From Candidatus Methylomirabilota bacterium (GTDB lineage Bacteria; Methylomirabilota; Methylomirabilia; Rokubacteriales; CSP1-6): DNA of 64,000 nucleotides. The DNA lies in NCBI GenBank assembly GCA_036556905.1, contig DATBIM010000156.1, positions 2,210 to 66,209 on the forward strand, given 5' to 3'. The notes beneath the pieces are model-generated. The model ran no database searches. It had not been told where the DNA came from and worked only from the letters and a program-made list of their open reading frames with translations. The translations under genes were made by a program, and so were the position numbers. This document shows positions 19,341-28,091 of this stretch, piece by piece (positions within the stretch are counted from its first letter, which is position 1; each line of letters begins with the position of its first letter).

Positions 19341-20432
19341 ATGGCGATCACGTTGACCTCACCGCGCCACGCCGTGGCGAACCTGGATGACGCTATCGAG
19401 TTCTGCTTCCAGCAGGGCTGGAGCGACGGGCTGCCCGTGGTGCCCCCCACCGAGGCCAAGGTGCAGGCCATGCTGGACGCCGCCAAGCTCGATCCCCAGC
19501 ACCAGGTGGCCTACGTGGAGCACCGGGCGGTATCCATCACCGCCGAGAAGGTGGCGATCAACGCGGTGATGGCCGGTTGCCTGCCCGCGTACATGCCGGT
19601 GGTGGTGGCTGCCGTCGAGGCCATCGGGGATCCTCGGTGGTCGTATCATGGCCCGGGCACCTCCACCGCCGGCGCCGGCGTGCTCATGATCGTGAACGGT
19701 CCCATTCGCCGTGAGCTCGACATCAACTGCGGCGACAACCTCTTCGGCCCGGGCTGGCGGTCGAATCTGACCATCGGCCGCGCCGTCCGCCTGATCATGC
19801 GCAACGTGTGCGGCTCGTGGCCGGGACGGCTCGACCGGGGGACGCTGGGCCATCCCGGCAAGCTCTCCTACGTCATCGGGGAAAACGAGGAGGAGAGCCC
19901 GTGGCCGCCGCTCCACGTCGAGCGGGGGCTGCGCCGCGAGCAGAGCGCGGTGACGGTGATGGCGGCGGAGGCGCCGCACCAGATCTACAACCAGCTCTCC
20001 AGCACCGCCGAGGGCGTCCTCACCACGCTCAGCGACGCCATGCGGATCTCCGGCAACGTGATGGGGCAGCCGCACTATGCCCTGATCCTCGCCGGCGAGC
20101 ACATGCGGACGATCGCCGGGAGCGGGTGGGGCAAGGACCAGATCCGGCGCTTCGTGTGGGAGCACACGCAGAACTCCCACGCCCACCTGCGGCGGACCGG
20201 TCGTATGGCGGGTCCCGTGCAGCCCGGCGACGAGGACAGGCTGCGACCGCTGGTGGAGAGCCCGGATGATATCCTGGTTGTGGCCGCCGGAGGCCGGGCC
20301 GGAAGCTTCTCGGCCTACATCCCCGGCTGGGGCAGCAAACGTTCCTCGCAGGCGGTGACAGTGGTGGTCGGAGGTGAGGTGAGCCGCTCGCCGAGCCGAC
20401 CCTTCAACGAGGCAAAGGAGGTCAGGCAATGA
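19341..20432 (+). CDS. conserved protein of unknown function, paralog of the C-terminal domain of the 17699-19309 gene
   Basis: Shared blocks with the upstream gene: GW(S/G)DGLPV(V/L)PPT, TLGHPGK..Y…ENE.ESPW.PLHVERG, TIAGSGW. RBS AGGGAGG before ATG 19341. Confidence 0.55.
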   Translation: MAITLTSPRHAVANLDDAIEFCFQQGWSDGLPVVPPTEAKVQAMLDAAKLDPQHQVAYVEHRAVSITAEKVAINAVMAGCLPAYMPVVVAAVEAIGDPRWSYHGPGTSTAGAGVLMIVNGPIRRELDINCGDNLFGPGWRSNLTIGRAVRLIMRNVCGSWPGRLDRGTLGHPGKLSYVIGENEEESPWPPLHVERGLRREQSAVTVMAAEAPHQIYNQLSSTAEGVLTTLSDAMRISGNVMGQPHYALILAGEHMRTIAGSGWGKDQIRRFVWEHTQNSHAHLRRTGRMAGPVQPGDEDRLRPLVESPDDILVVAAGGRAGSFSAYIPGWGSKRSSQAVTVVVGGEVSRSPSRPFNEAKEVRQ

Positions 20433-20959
20433 TCGAGATCCTCGACCCTACCACCCCGGCCGCCCGCCAGGCCATCGCCTATGCGCCGCGGCCCGGATCA
20501 CTCACGGGCAAGCGTGTCGCGTTGATCGAGAACACCAAGTTCAACTCCGATCGGCTGCTCCAGAAGATCGGCGACATCATGGTCAGGGAGTATGGGGCCG
20601 CCTCCACCCGGATGTGGCGCAAGAAGAACGCCAGCGTGCCGGCGCACGAGGAGATCATCGCCGAGGTGCGCCGAACCTGCGACGTGGTCGTCGCCGGCAT
20701 CGGTGATTGAGGGTCCTGCTCGTCGGGCAGTGTGCTCGACGGAATCGTGCTCGAGAAGGCCGGCGTTCCCTCGGCGTCGATCGTGACCGACGTGTTCGAG
20801 CGGACGGCCCGGGCCATGGCCGAGCAGTGGGGCCTCCCGACCTACCGGTTCCTCATGATGCCGCACCCCATCGCCAACCTCAGCGAGGCCGAGCTGGACC
20901 AGCGAGCTCGCGCGATCGTCTCGGAGGTGGCCAAGCTCCTCCTCCAGGGTCAGGAGTGA
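20429..20959 (+). CDS. UGSC family selenoprotein, stand-alone (in-frame UGA = Sec at 20708-20710)
   Basis: …DVVVAGIGD-U-GSCSSGS… Reading frame continues to 20959. Homologous to both flanks of the UGSC region of the 17699 gene. ATGA overlap with the upstream gene; RBS AGGAGG. Confidence 0.6.
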
Positions 20960-20969
20960 GGCCGGCGCG

Positions 20970-21947
20970 CTGACGCGCACCCGGGATTTTCGGCCGGCCT
21001 GGTGGTGCCGGCATCGGCATCTGCAGACCCTCTGGGGGCCGCTCTTTCGCCGGGGCCGGACCCCCCTGCGGCGCGAGCGCCTGGAGATGGTCGATGGCGA
21101 TTTCGTCGACCTCGACTGGCTCGAGGGTCGGCCAGGGGCTCCCCTGGTGGTGGTGCTTCACGGTCTGGAAGGCTCGATCCGCTCCCACTATGTGGTCGGC
21201 CTGCTCCGGGAGGCGGCGGCTCGGGGCTGGCGTGGGGTCGTGCTGAACTTCCGATCGTGCAGCGGCGAGTTGAACCGCCTGCCCCGGTTCTATCACTCGG
21301 GCGAGACCTCGGATCTGGACGCGGTGATCGCTCGACTGCTGGAGCGGGAGCCCGCGCTCCGCATCGGCGCCATCGGGGTGTCGCTGGGCGGCAACGTGCT
21401 GCTCAAGTGGCTGGGCGAGAGAGAGCTGGACGCGCCCAAGCAGGTCGCGGGCGCCGCGGTGATCTCCGTCCCGTTCGACCTCGCGGCCAGCGCCCGGGCG
21501 CTGGACCGCGGCCTGTCCCGTGCCGTCTACACCAAGAGCTTCCTGAGGACCATGAAACGCAAGGTCGAGGCGAAGGCCGAGCGCTTTCCGGGGTTCGTCG
21601 ACGTGGCGGCGGCCCGCCGGGCCCGCACCTTTGCCGAGTATGACCGCGCCGTCACCGCCCCCCTGAACGGGTTCGCCGACGAGGTGGACTACTGGATGCG
21701 GGCCAGCAGCGGCCCCTACCTGCCGAAGATCCGTCGCCCCACGCTCCTGATCAGCGCCATTGACGACCCCCTGGTGCCGGCGGCGTCATTGCCGGATGTC
21801 AGCGGCCTGCCCGACGGCGTGATTGCGGAGTTCGTGGACCGGGGCGGTCACGTGGGCTTCATCGAGGGCCGGTGGCCGTGGCGGGCGCGCTCCTGGGCGG
21901 AGCGTCGGGCCATGGAGTTCCTGGAAACGGTGTTGGCTGAGGGCTAG
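20970..21947 (+). CDS. YheT-type alpha/beta hydrolase
   Basis: Matches YheT (…CRHRHLQTLWGPLFRR…LEMVDGDFVDLDW…VVVLHGLEGS). Similarity extends upstream of the first ATG (21087), where there is no in-frame ATG/GTG/TTG. CTG 20970 with an upstream GGAGTGAGG is a tentative start. Confidence 0.5.
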   Translation: MTRTRDFRPAWWCRHRHLQTLWGPLFRRGRTPLRRERLEMVDGDFVDLDWLEGRPGAPLVVVLHGLEGSIRSHYVVGLLREAAARGWRGVVLNFRSCSGELNRLPRFYHSGETSDLDAVIARLLEREPALRIGAIGVSLGGNVLLKWLGERELDAPKQVAGAAVISVPFDLAASARALDRGLSRAVYTKSFLRTMKRKVEAKAERFPGFVDVAAARRARTFAEYDRAVTAPLNGFADEVDYWMRASSGPYLPKIRRPTLLISAIDDPLVPAASLPDVSGLPDGVIAEFVDRGGHVGFIEGRWPWRARSWAERRAMEFLETVLAEG

Positions 21948-22888
21948 TGGGTGAGAACGCGCCGAGGGTCCAGCGCGTCCCGGAGCCCGTCACCGATGTA
22001 GTTGATCGACAGCACGGTCAAGAAGATGGCCGTGCCGGGGAACAGCGCCCAGTGTGGGGCGAAGTCGAGATTGTCCTTGGCGTCGAAGAGGATCCGCCCC
22101 CAGGTGGGAATGTCAGGTGGAAAGCCCAGCCCGAGGAACGACAGCGTGGACTCGGCGATGATCGCCGTGGCCACGTCCAGCGAGCCGGCCACGATCACCG
22201 GGCCCATGGCGTTGGGCAGGATGTGACGCACGACCTCGCGAAGGGGTGGGGCGCCCAGGCCTCGGGCCGCTTCCACGAATTCCTTCTCGCGGAGCGACAG
22301 GAACTGGGCGCGGACCAGCCGGGCCACCGGCATCCAGCGGAGCCCGCCGATCACGGCCACGATGAGCACGAACACACCGGCCTCCTGGCCCAGGGTGTTC
22401 TTCAGCATGTCGCGGAAGAGGTAGACGATGAGCAGCAGCAGGGGGAGCTGGGGCAACGACAAGAACAGGTCGGTGAGCCGCATCAACAGGTGATCGATCA
22501 CGCCGCCGAGATAGCCGGAGGCGGCGCCGATGAGCGTGCCGACGGTGATGGCGATGAGCATGGCGGCCACGCCCACGGCCAGCGAGATGCGCCCGCCGTA
22601 GAGCATCCGGGCCAGCAGGTCCTGACCCAGATCGTCGGTGCCGAGCGGGTGCGCCCGCGAGGGGCCCTGCAGCTTGGCCCGGAAGTCGATCTCGTCGATC
22701 GGCACGCGGTAGAGGAGCGGCCCCACCACCACGGCCATGACCATCACGGCCAGCACCAGCGTTCCCCCCATGGCCAGCCGATGCCGCCGGAAGCGGCGCT
22801 GCAAATCGCTCCACAGCGTCTGGCCCGGCGCCGGCCGGGGGAGCGGGGGAGCCCGGACGGTGGCGGGCGACGCCGCGTCGTCGGCCAT
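21944..22888 (-). CDS. peptide/nickel ABC transporter permease (DppC/OppC-like)
   Basis: Typical OppC/DppC TM layout. Start ATG 22888, overlapping the upstream stop. Confidence 0.75.
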   Translation of the reverse strand: MADDAASPATVRAPPLPRPAPGQTLWSDLQRRFRRHRLAMGGTLVLAVMVMAVVVGPLLYRVPIDEIDFRAKLQGPSRAHPLGTDDLGQDLLARMLYGGRISLAVGVAAMLIAITVGTLIGAASGYLGGVIDHLLMRLTDLFLSLPQLPLLLLIVYLFRDMLKNTLGQEAGVFVLIVAVIGGLRWMPVARLVRAQFLSLREKEFVEAARGLGAPPLREVVRHILPNAMGPVIVAGSLDVATAIIAESTLSFLGLGFPPDIPTWGRILFDAKDNLDFAPHWALFPGTAIFLTVLSINYIGDGLRDALDPRRVLTH

Positions 22889-23847
22889 CAGCGGAACGAG
22901 ATCCGGGGGTCGAGCCACCCGTAGGCGAGGTCGGCCACCAGGTTGAACAGCACGACCAGGCACGAGAAGACGAAGGTGATGGCCATGATCACCGGCGTGT
23001 CATTGGCCAGGATGGCCGAGATCAGCAGGGAGCCGATGCCGGGGACCCGGAAGATCTGCTCCGTCACCACCGCCCCGGTGAAGATCTGGGGCAGCTGCAG
23101 CGCCAGCAGCGTGACGACCGGGATGAGGGCGTTGCGGGTGACGTGCTTGAGGATGGTGACGCGCTCGGAGAGCCCTTTGGCCCGCGCGGTGGTGACGTAG
23201 TCCAGTCGGATCACATCGAGCACCGCCGAGCGAGTGAAGCGCGTCAGCGAGGCCGCCTGGAAGAGGCCGAGCACGGTCACGGGCATGATCGCTTGCTTGA
23301 GGTGCTCCCAGTACCATCGCCACCCGGTCGCCGCGATGTCGGCGTGGTAGATGAAGGGCAGCCAGTCGAGATAGATGCTGAAGAACAGGATGAAGAGCAG
23401 GCCGGTGAAGAAGGTCGGCAGGGAGAAGCCGATGAAGGCCAGCGTCGTCGCGATCTGGTCGAAGAAGGAGTAGGGGCGCATGGCCGAGAGCGTCCCCACC
23501 GGCAGCGCGATGAGCAACCCTAGCAGCTGGGCCGAGCCCAGGACCACCAGGGTCGTCGGTAGCCTTTGCCAGATCAGGGTGTCGACGTCCACCCGGCTCA
23601 TGAACGAGAAGCCCCACTCGCCCCGCAGCATCGCCGTGAGCCAGCGCACGTAGCGCAGCGGCAGGGGGTCGTCCAGGCCGAACTTCGCGCGCAGGTTCAA
23701 CCGGACCTCGGCGGGGACGTTGGGGTTGGTGGCCAGCTCTTCGAAGGGGTCGCCGGGGGCCAGGGCCAGGACCGTGAACAGCACGACGCTGATCCCCAGG
23801 AGGGCGGGAATCGCGATCAGGAGCCGGCGGACGAGGTACCTGGACAT
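22888..23847 (-). CDS. peptide/nickel ABC transporter permease (DppB/OppB-like)
   Basis: DppB-like N-terminus MSRYLVRRLL… and EAA-loop region. Confidence 0.75.
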   Translation of the reverse strand: MSRYLVRRLLIAIPALLGISVVLFTVLALAPGDPFEELATNPNVPAEVRLNLRAKFGLDDPLPLRYVRWLTAMLRGEWGFSFMSRVDVDTLIWQRLPTTLVVLGSAQLLGLLIALPVGTLSAMRPYSFFDQIATTLAFIGFSLPTFFTGLLFILFFSIYLDWLPFIYHADIAATGWRWYWEHLKQAIMPVTVLGLFQAASLTRFTRSAVLDVIRLDYVTTARAKGLSERVTILKHVTRNALIPVVTLLALQLPQIFTGAVVTEQIFRVPGIGSLLISAILANDTPVIMAITFVFSCLVVLFNLVADLAYGWLDPRISFR

Positions 23848-23895
23848 CTCGCTTGAGCGGGGCCGGGGCGAGCGCCCCGGCCCGGGCCCGTGGCG

Positions 23896-25692
23896 CTACG
23901 CGCGTGACCAGTAGGGCAGATTCCAGACGTCCACGTCCCAGCCGCTCTGGACGACGTCCCGCATACGGTTGGAGATCCCGGCCACGCGCGGACGATAGAC
24001 GACCGGGATGACCACCACGTGTTGGATGACCAGGTCGTTCATTTTGATGAACAGGGCCGCCCGCTTGACCGGATCCATCTCGGCCTCGGCGGCTTTCCAG
24101 AGCTTGTCGTACTCCTCGTTGCGCCAGCGAGTCTTGTTGCGCCCCTGCCACTTGTTGGCCCGGGACGCCACCTCCCAGGAGGTGAACTGGTCCATGAAGC
24201 GCTGGGGATCGGGCTCGGTCATCGTGGTCGTGTACATCTGGATGTCGGTGGCGAAGTGATTGTAGGTATCCCAGTTCGCCGCGTCCGACGAGAAGTACAC
24301 GGAGGCGGTGACAGTCTTGAGCTCCACGTCGATGCCGGCCTTGGCGCAGGCCTGCTTGACGATCTGCTGGTTCTTCTGGCGGGGGGCGTTGATGGAGGTC
24401 TGGTACACGAGCTTGAGCCTCTTGCCGTCCTTGGCCCGCATGCCGTCGCCGCCCCGCTTCCAGCCGGCCTGGTCCAGGATCTGGTTGGCCTTGTCGATGC
24501 TGAACTCGAAGCGGGTGTTCTTCGAGCGGACCTTCTCGGGGGCGTTGAGGAAGTTGGCCGTGGCCAGCCCGGTGCGCCCATAGATCTGCTCTTGCACCGA
24601 GGCCCGGTCCACGAGGAGATTGAGGGCCTGGCGCACCGCGGGGTCGGTGAGGAAGGGATGCTTGCTCTTGGCCGAGGAGCGCTCGCCCTCGACCTCGGTC
24701 CACGGGTCGGTATTGTTGAGCTGGATGTGCTCGATGTTGCCGGTGGCGGCGATGTCCACCCGCCCCTTGCCGCCCTGCTCCAGGCGCTTGAGGATGTCGT
24801 CCTCCACCTGCAGGTTCCAGGCATAGTCGTATTCCCCGGTCTGGATGACCGCGCGCGCCGCCGAGACAGCGTCGCCACCTCCCTTGATCTCGATCTGGTC
24901 GAAGAACGGCCGGTTGGCCACGTGATAATTGGGGTTGATCTCGCCCCGCACGATGTCGCCGGGCTTGAAGTCCACGAACCGGAAGGCCCCGGTGCCGATG
25001 GGCTTGAGGTTGGTGGGGGCCTCGCGCGACTTGTCACCCTTGAACGCCGCGAAGAGATGCTTGGGGATGATCATCCCGGTCGCCCCGCAGAAGGGGGCCG
25101 ACCAGAACGGGCTAGGGTTCTTGAAGACGATCTTGACGGTGTGGCTGTCGAGCTTGTCGATGCGCGCGATGTCCCGGTAGGGGCCGGCCGTGAGCGCGGC
25201 CGTCCCCGGATCCATCACGTACTCCCAGTTGAAGACGACGTCGTCGGCGGTGAAGGGCTTGCCGTCGTGCCAGGCGACGTTCTTCCTGAGCCGCCAGGTC
25301 ACCGACAACCCGTCCTTGGCGACCATCCCGTTCTGGAGGCTGGGCACCTCGGCGGCCAGGGTCGGGACGATGTTGCCGTCCGGGTCATAGGAGCCCAACG
25401 GCTCGTAGAATACTCGCGAGGCGATCTGGTCCTTGGTGCCCGTCGCGAAGTGCGGATTGAGCAGCGTGGGCGCCTGCCACAGCAAGATCTTGACCGGCCC
25501 CCCGCCGCCCCGCTTGCTCGGGGTGAACCCCGGGGTTTTGGGCTGGGCCTGAGCGATGCCGGCCGAGGCCAGCATCTGGCTCACCATGGGCGCGGTCAAC
25601 CCCAGCGCCAGCATCGACGTCGTGAAGGCGCGGCGCGAGAGGCGTCCGGCCTTGACCTGTCGCAGCAACTCCTGCAGCGCGTGCTCATCCAT
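23896..25692 (-). CDS. ABC transporter substrate-binding protein, family 5 (peptide/nickel), Tat signal
   Basis: RRAFTTSMLALGL twin-arginine signal; ~600 aa SBP-5 architecture. Confidence 0.7.
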   Translation of the reverse strand: MDEHALQELLRQVKAGRLSRRAFTTSMLALGLTAPMVSQMLASAGIAQAQPKTPGFTPSKRGGGGPVKILLWQAPTLLNPHFATGTKDQIASRVFYEPLGSYDPDGNIVPTLAAEVPSLQNGMVAKDGLSVTWRLRKNVAWHDGKPFTADDVVFNWEYVMDPGTAALTAGPYRDIARIDKLDSHTVKIVFKNPSPFWSAPFCGATGMIIPKHLFAAFKGDKSREAPTNLKPIGTGAFRFVDFKPGDIVRGEINPNYHVANRPFFDQIEIKGGGDAVSAARAVIQTGEYDYAWNLQVEDDILKRLEQGGKGRVDIAATGNIEHIQLNNTDPWTEVEGERSSAKSKHPFLTDPAVRQALNLLVDRASVQEQIYGRTGLATANFLNAPEKVRSKNTRFEFSIDKANQILDQAGWKRGGDGMRAKDGKRLKLVYQTSINAPRQKNQQIVKQACAKAGIDVELKTVTASVYFSSDAANWDTYNHFATDIQMYTTTMTEPDPQRFMDQFTSWEVASRANKWQGRNKTRWRNEEYDKLWKAAEAEMDPVKRAALFIKMNDLVIQHVVVIPVVYRPRVAGISNRMRDVVQSGWDVDVWNLPYWSRA

Positions 25693-25747
25693 GTCCGACC
25701 TCCTCGCTTGAGGCAGGCATCATCTCGAGGCGGGCATAATATAGAGG

Positions 25748-26446
25748 GTGCTCCGATCCATGTCGAGAGTACCGATCTCGCTTGCGCTGGCCACCGTGCT
25801 GATCACCGTCGCCACGGGCGTGGCGTATCTCGCCCTGCGCTGGGAGCCGGGGGACGAGACGGCAACCCCGATCGCCGCTCAGCCGCCGCGCGCCGAGCCG
25901 ACGGCGCCTTCAGCGTCGGCCCCGCCGCCGGCGGACACTCCGTCCCCCCGCCCGGCCAAGCCGCGGCCCGGCCGCCAGCTCGCTCTCGACGCCGCCATGC
26001 GCGAGCTCGACCTGATCCAGCCGTCGCGGACGCGCGCCGTGCAGGATTTCACGCTGCCGCTGGTGGGCGGCAAGTCGTTCCGCCTGACCGGCCATCGGGG
26101 GCAGATCCTGCTCATCAATTTCTGGGCGACCTGGTGCCCGCCCTGCCTCGAGGAGATGCCGGCGCTGGAGCGCCTGTGGCGTCAGCATCGGGACCACGGC
26201 TTCGTCCTGCTCGCCGTGTCGCTGGACACCGATTCCGGGCTCGTGGGTCCCTTCCTGGCCCGGCATCGCCTCACCTTCCCGGTCGCGCTCGACCCCAAGT
26301 ACGAGGTGGCCAATCTCTACGGCGTGCGGGCGCTGCCCGCGACCTTCGTCGTCGATCGGCTCGGGAACCTGGCCGCGCTGGCGCTGGGACCGCGAACCTG
26401 GGACAATGACGCGGCGCATTCCCTGGTGGAGGCTCTGGCGAAATAG
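25748..26446 (+). CDS. TlpA/ResA-like thiol:disulfide oxidoreductase (membrane-anchored thioredoxin fold)
   Basis: WATWCPPC active site with an N-terminal TM anchor. Confidence 0.7.
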   Translation: MLRSMSRVPISLALATVLITVATGVAYLALRWEPGDETATPIAAQPPRAEPTAPSASAPPPADTPSPRPAKPRPGRQLALDAAMRELDLIQPSRTRAVQDFTLPLVGGKSFRLTGHRGQILLINFWATWCPPCLEEMPALERLWRQHRDHGFVLLAVSLDTDSGLVGPFLARHRLTFPVALDPKYEVANLYGVRALPATFVVDRLGNLAALALGPRTWDNDAAHSLVEALAK

Positions 26447-26448
26447 GG

Positions 26449-27186
26449 ATGGGACAGTCGGTCGGCGTGGCAGTGGCGTTCAGCGCGGGCCTCTTCTCGT
26501 TCTTGTCGCCCTGCGTGCTGCCGCTGTTCCCCTCGTACCTGTCCTTTATCACTGGCATGTCGGTGGCCGACCTCACGGGCGACATCGCCCCCGCTGCGCG
26601 CCGGCGCGTGCTCCTGCACGCCCTGACCTTCGTGGCCGGCTTCTCGATGGTCTTCATCTCGCTGGGAGCGACCTTCAGCGCGGCCGGGCAGTTCCTGCTC
26701 GAGCATCGTGAGTCGATCCGCCGCCTGGGCGGCGCGCTGATCGTGCTCTTCGGCCTCTACATCGCCGGGGTGTTTCGCCTGGGCCTCTTCGGCCGCACCG
26801 CACAGCTCCAGTTCCGTGAGAAGCCGGCGGGTTATGCTGGCTCGCTCCTGGTGGGCATCACCTTCGCGATTGGGTGGACGCCCTGCGTGGGTCCCATCCT
26901 GGGGGCGATCCTGTCGTTGGCCGGTACCGCGGAGACGGTGCAGCGGGGTGTGGGCCTCCTCATCGCCTATTCGGCGGGCCTGGGTGTGCCCTTCCTGCTC
27001 TCCGCGCTGGCGCTCGGCTCGTTCCTGCGCTTCTTCAAGCGCTACCGCCCGTTCATCCCCGTCGTCGAGCGCGCCGCCGGGGTCCTGCTCGTCGTGGTGG
27101 GCGTGCTCGTCTTCACGAATTACTACACGGTCCTCAACGCCTGGGCCATCTCCCTGACGCCCGAGTGGCTGCTCAAGCGGCTCTAG
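26449..27186 (+). CDS. ccdA: cytochrome c-type biogenesis protein CcdA (DsbD-like thiol-disulfide transporter)
   Basis: FLSPCVLPLFP and …TPCVGPILG… Cys pair. Confidence 0.75.
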   Translation: MGQSVGVAVAFSAGLFSFLSPCVLPLFPSYLSFITGMSVADLTGDIAPAARRRVLLHALTFVAGFSMVFISLGATFSAAGQFLLEHRESIRRLGGALIVLFGLYIAGVFRLGLFGRTAQLQFREKPAGYAGSLLVGITFAIGWTPCVGPILGAILSLAGTAETVQRGVGLLIAYSAGLGVPFLLSALALGSFLRFFKRYRPFIPVVERAAGVLLVVVGVLVFTNYYTVLNAWAISLTPEWLLKRL

Positions 27187-28091
27187 CGCCGCACGTCCGG
27201 GTCCGGGTCCCGGCCAGCACGGCCAACCTGGGCCCCGGCTTCGATGCGCTCGGTCTGGCGCTCGCACTCTACAACGAGGTCACCGCGCGGGAGACCGACA
27301 CCATCAGCGTGACGGTGGAGGGCGAGGGCGCCGGCAAGGTGCCGACCGGTGAAGACAACGTCGTCGCCCGCGCCGTGCGCGCGGTCTACGAGGCGACCGG
27401 CCGACGCTTCCCCGGGTGCGCGCTGACCTGCCTGAACCGGATCCCGCTGGCCCGGGGGCTCGGCTCCAGCGCGGCGGCCTGGGTCGGCGGGCTGCTGGCC
27501 GGCAACGCCCTGCTGGGCTCGCCGCTCGACCGCGGGGCGGTGCTCACGCTGGCCGCCGGCGCCGAAGGGCATCCCGACAACGTGGCGGCCGCGCTCTACG
27601 GGGGGCTGACCGTGGCCTGCCCCGGGCCGGGTGGCACCACCGCCGTGTCCCTCCCGGTGCCCGCGCATCTCCGCTGGGTGGTGCTCATCCCCGAGATGAC
27701 GAGCGCGACGGCCGAAGCCCGGGCGGTGTTGCCCCCGACGGTGCCCAGGGCCGATGCGGTCTTCAACGTCCAGCGGGTGGCCCTGCTGCTGGCCAGCCTG
27801 CAGGCGGATCGCCCGGAAGGTCTTCGCCTCGCGCTGCACGACCGGCTCCACGAGCCCTATCGCCTGTCGCTGTTTTCGTGGATGTCGGATGTGGCCGCCG
27901 CGGCCCGCGAGGCCGGCGCGCTGGGATGCGTGCTCAGCGGGGCCGGTCCCTCGCTACTGGCCGTCGTCTCCGGTGACGCGCAGGCCGTCAGCGTGGCGAT
28001 GGAAACGGCGCTCCGCCGCGCCGGGATCGCTGGCAGGGCCCGCACCCTGGGCGTCGATGGGCAGGGCGCCGTCGTCCACGCCGTCGCGTGA
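27165..28091 (+). CDS. thrB: homoserine kinase
   Basis: VRVPASTANLGPGFD GHMP-kinase N-terminus and …LPHDRLHEPYR… region. GTG 27165 as start; no ATG available. Confidence 0.7.
   Translation: MAAQAALAPHVRVRVPASTANLGPGFDALGLALALYNEVTARETDTISVTVEGEGAGKVPTGEDNVVARAVRAVYEATGRRFPGCALTCLNRIPLARGLGSSAAAWVGGLLAGNALLGSPLDRGAVLTLAAGAEGHPDNVAAALYGGLTVACPGPGGTTAVSLPVPAHLRWVVLIPEMTSATAEARAVLPPTVPRADAVFNVQRVALLLASLQADRPEGLRLALHDRLHEPYRLSLFSWMSDVAAAAREAGALGCVLSGAGPSLLAVVSGDAQAVSVAMETALRRAGIAGRARTLGVDGQGAVVHAVA

Noticed and set aside
17684-19486. 600-aa minus-strand ORF antisense to the UGSC fusion gene
   Set aside because: No motifs; the plus strand shows paralog-supported coding.
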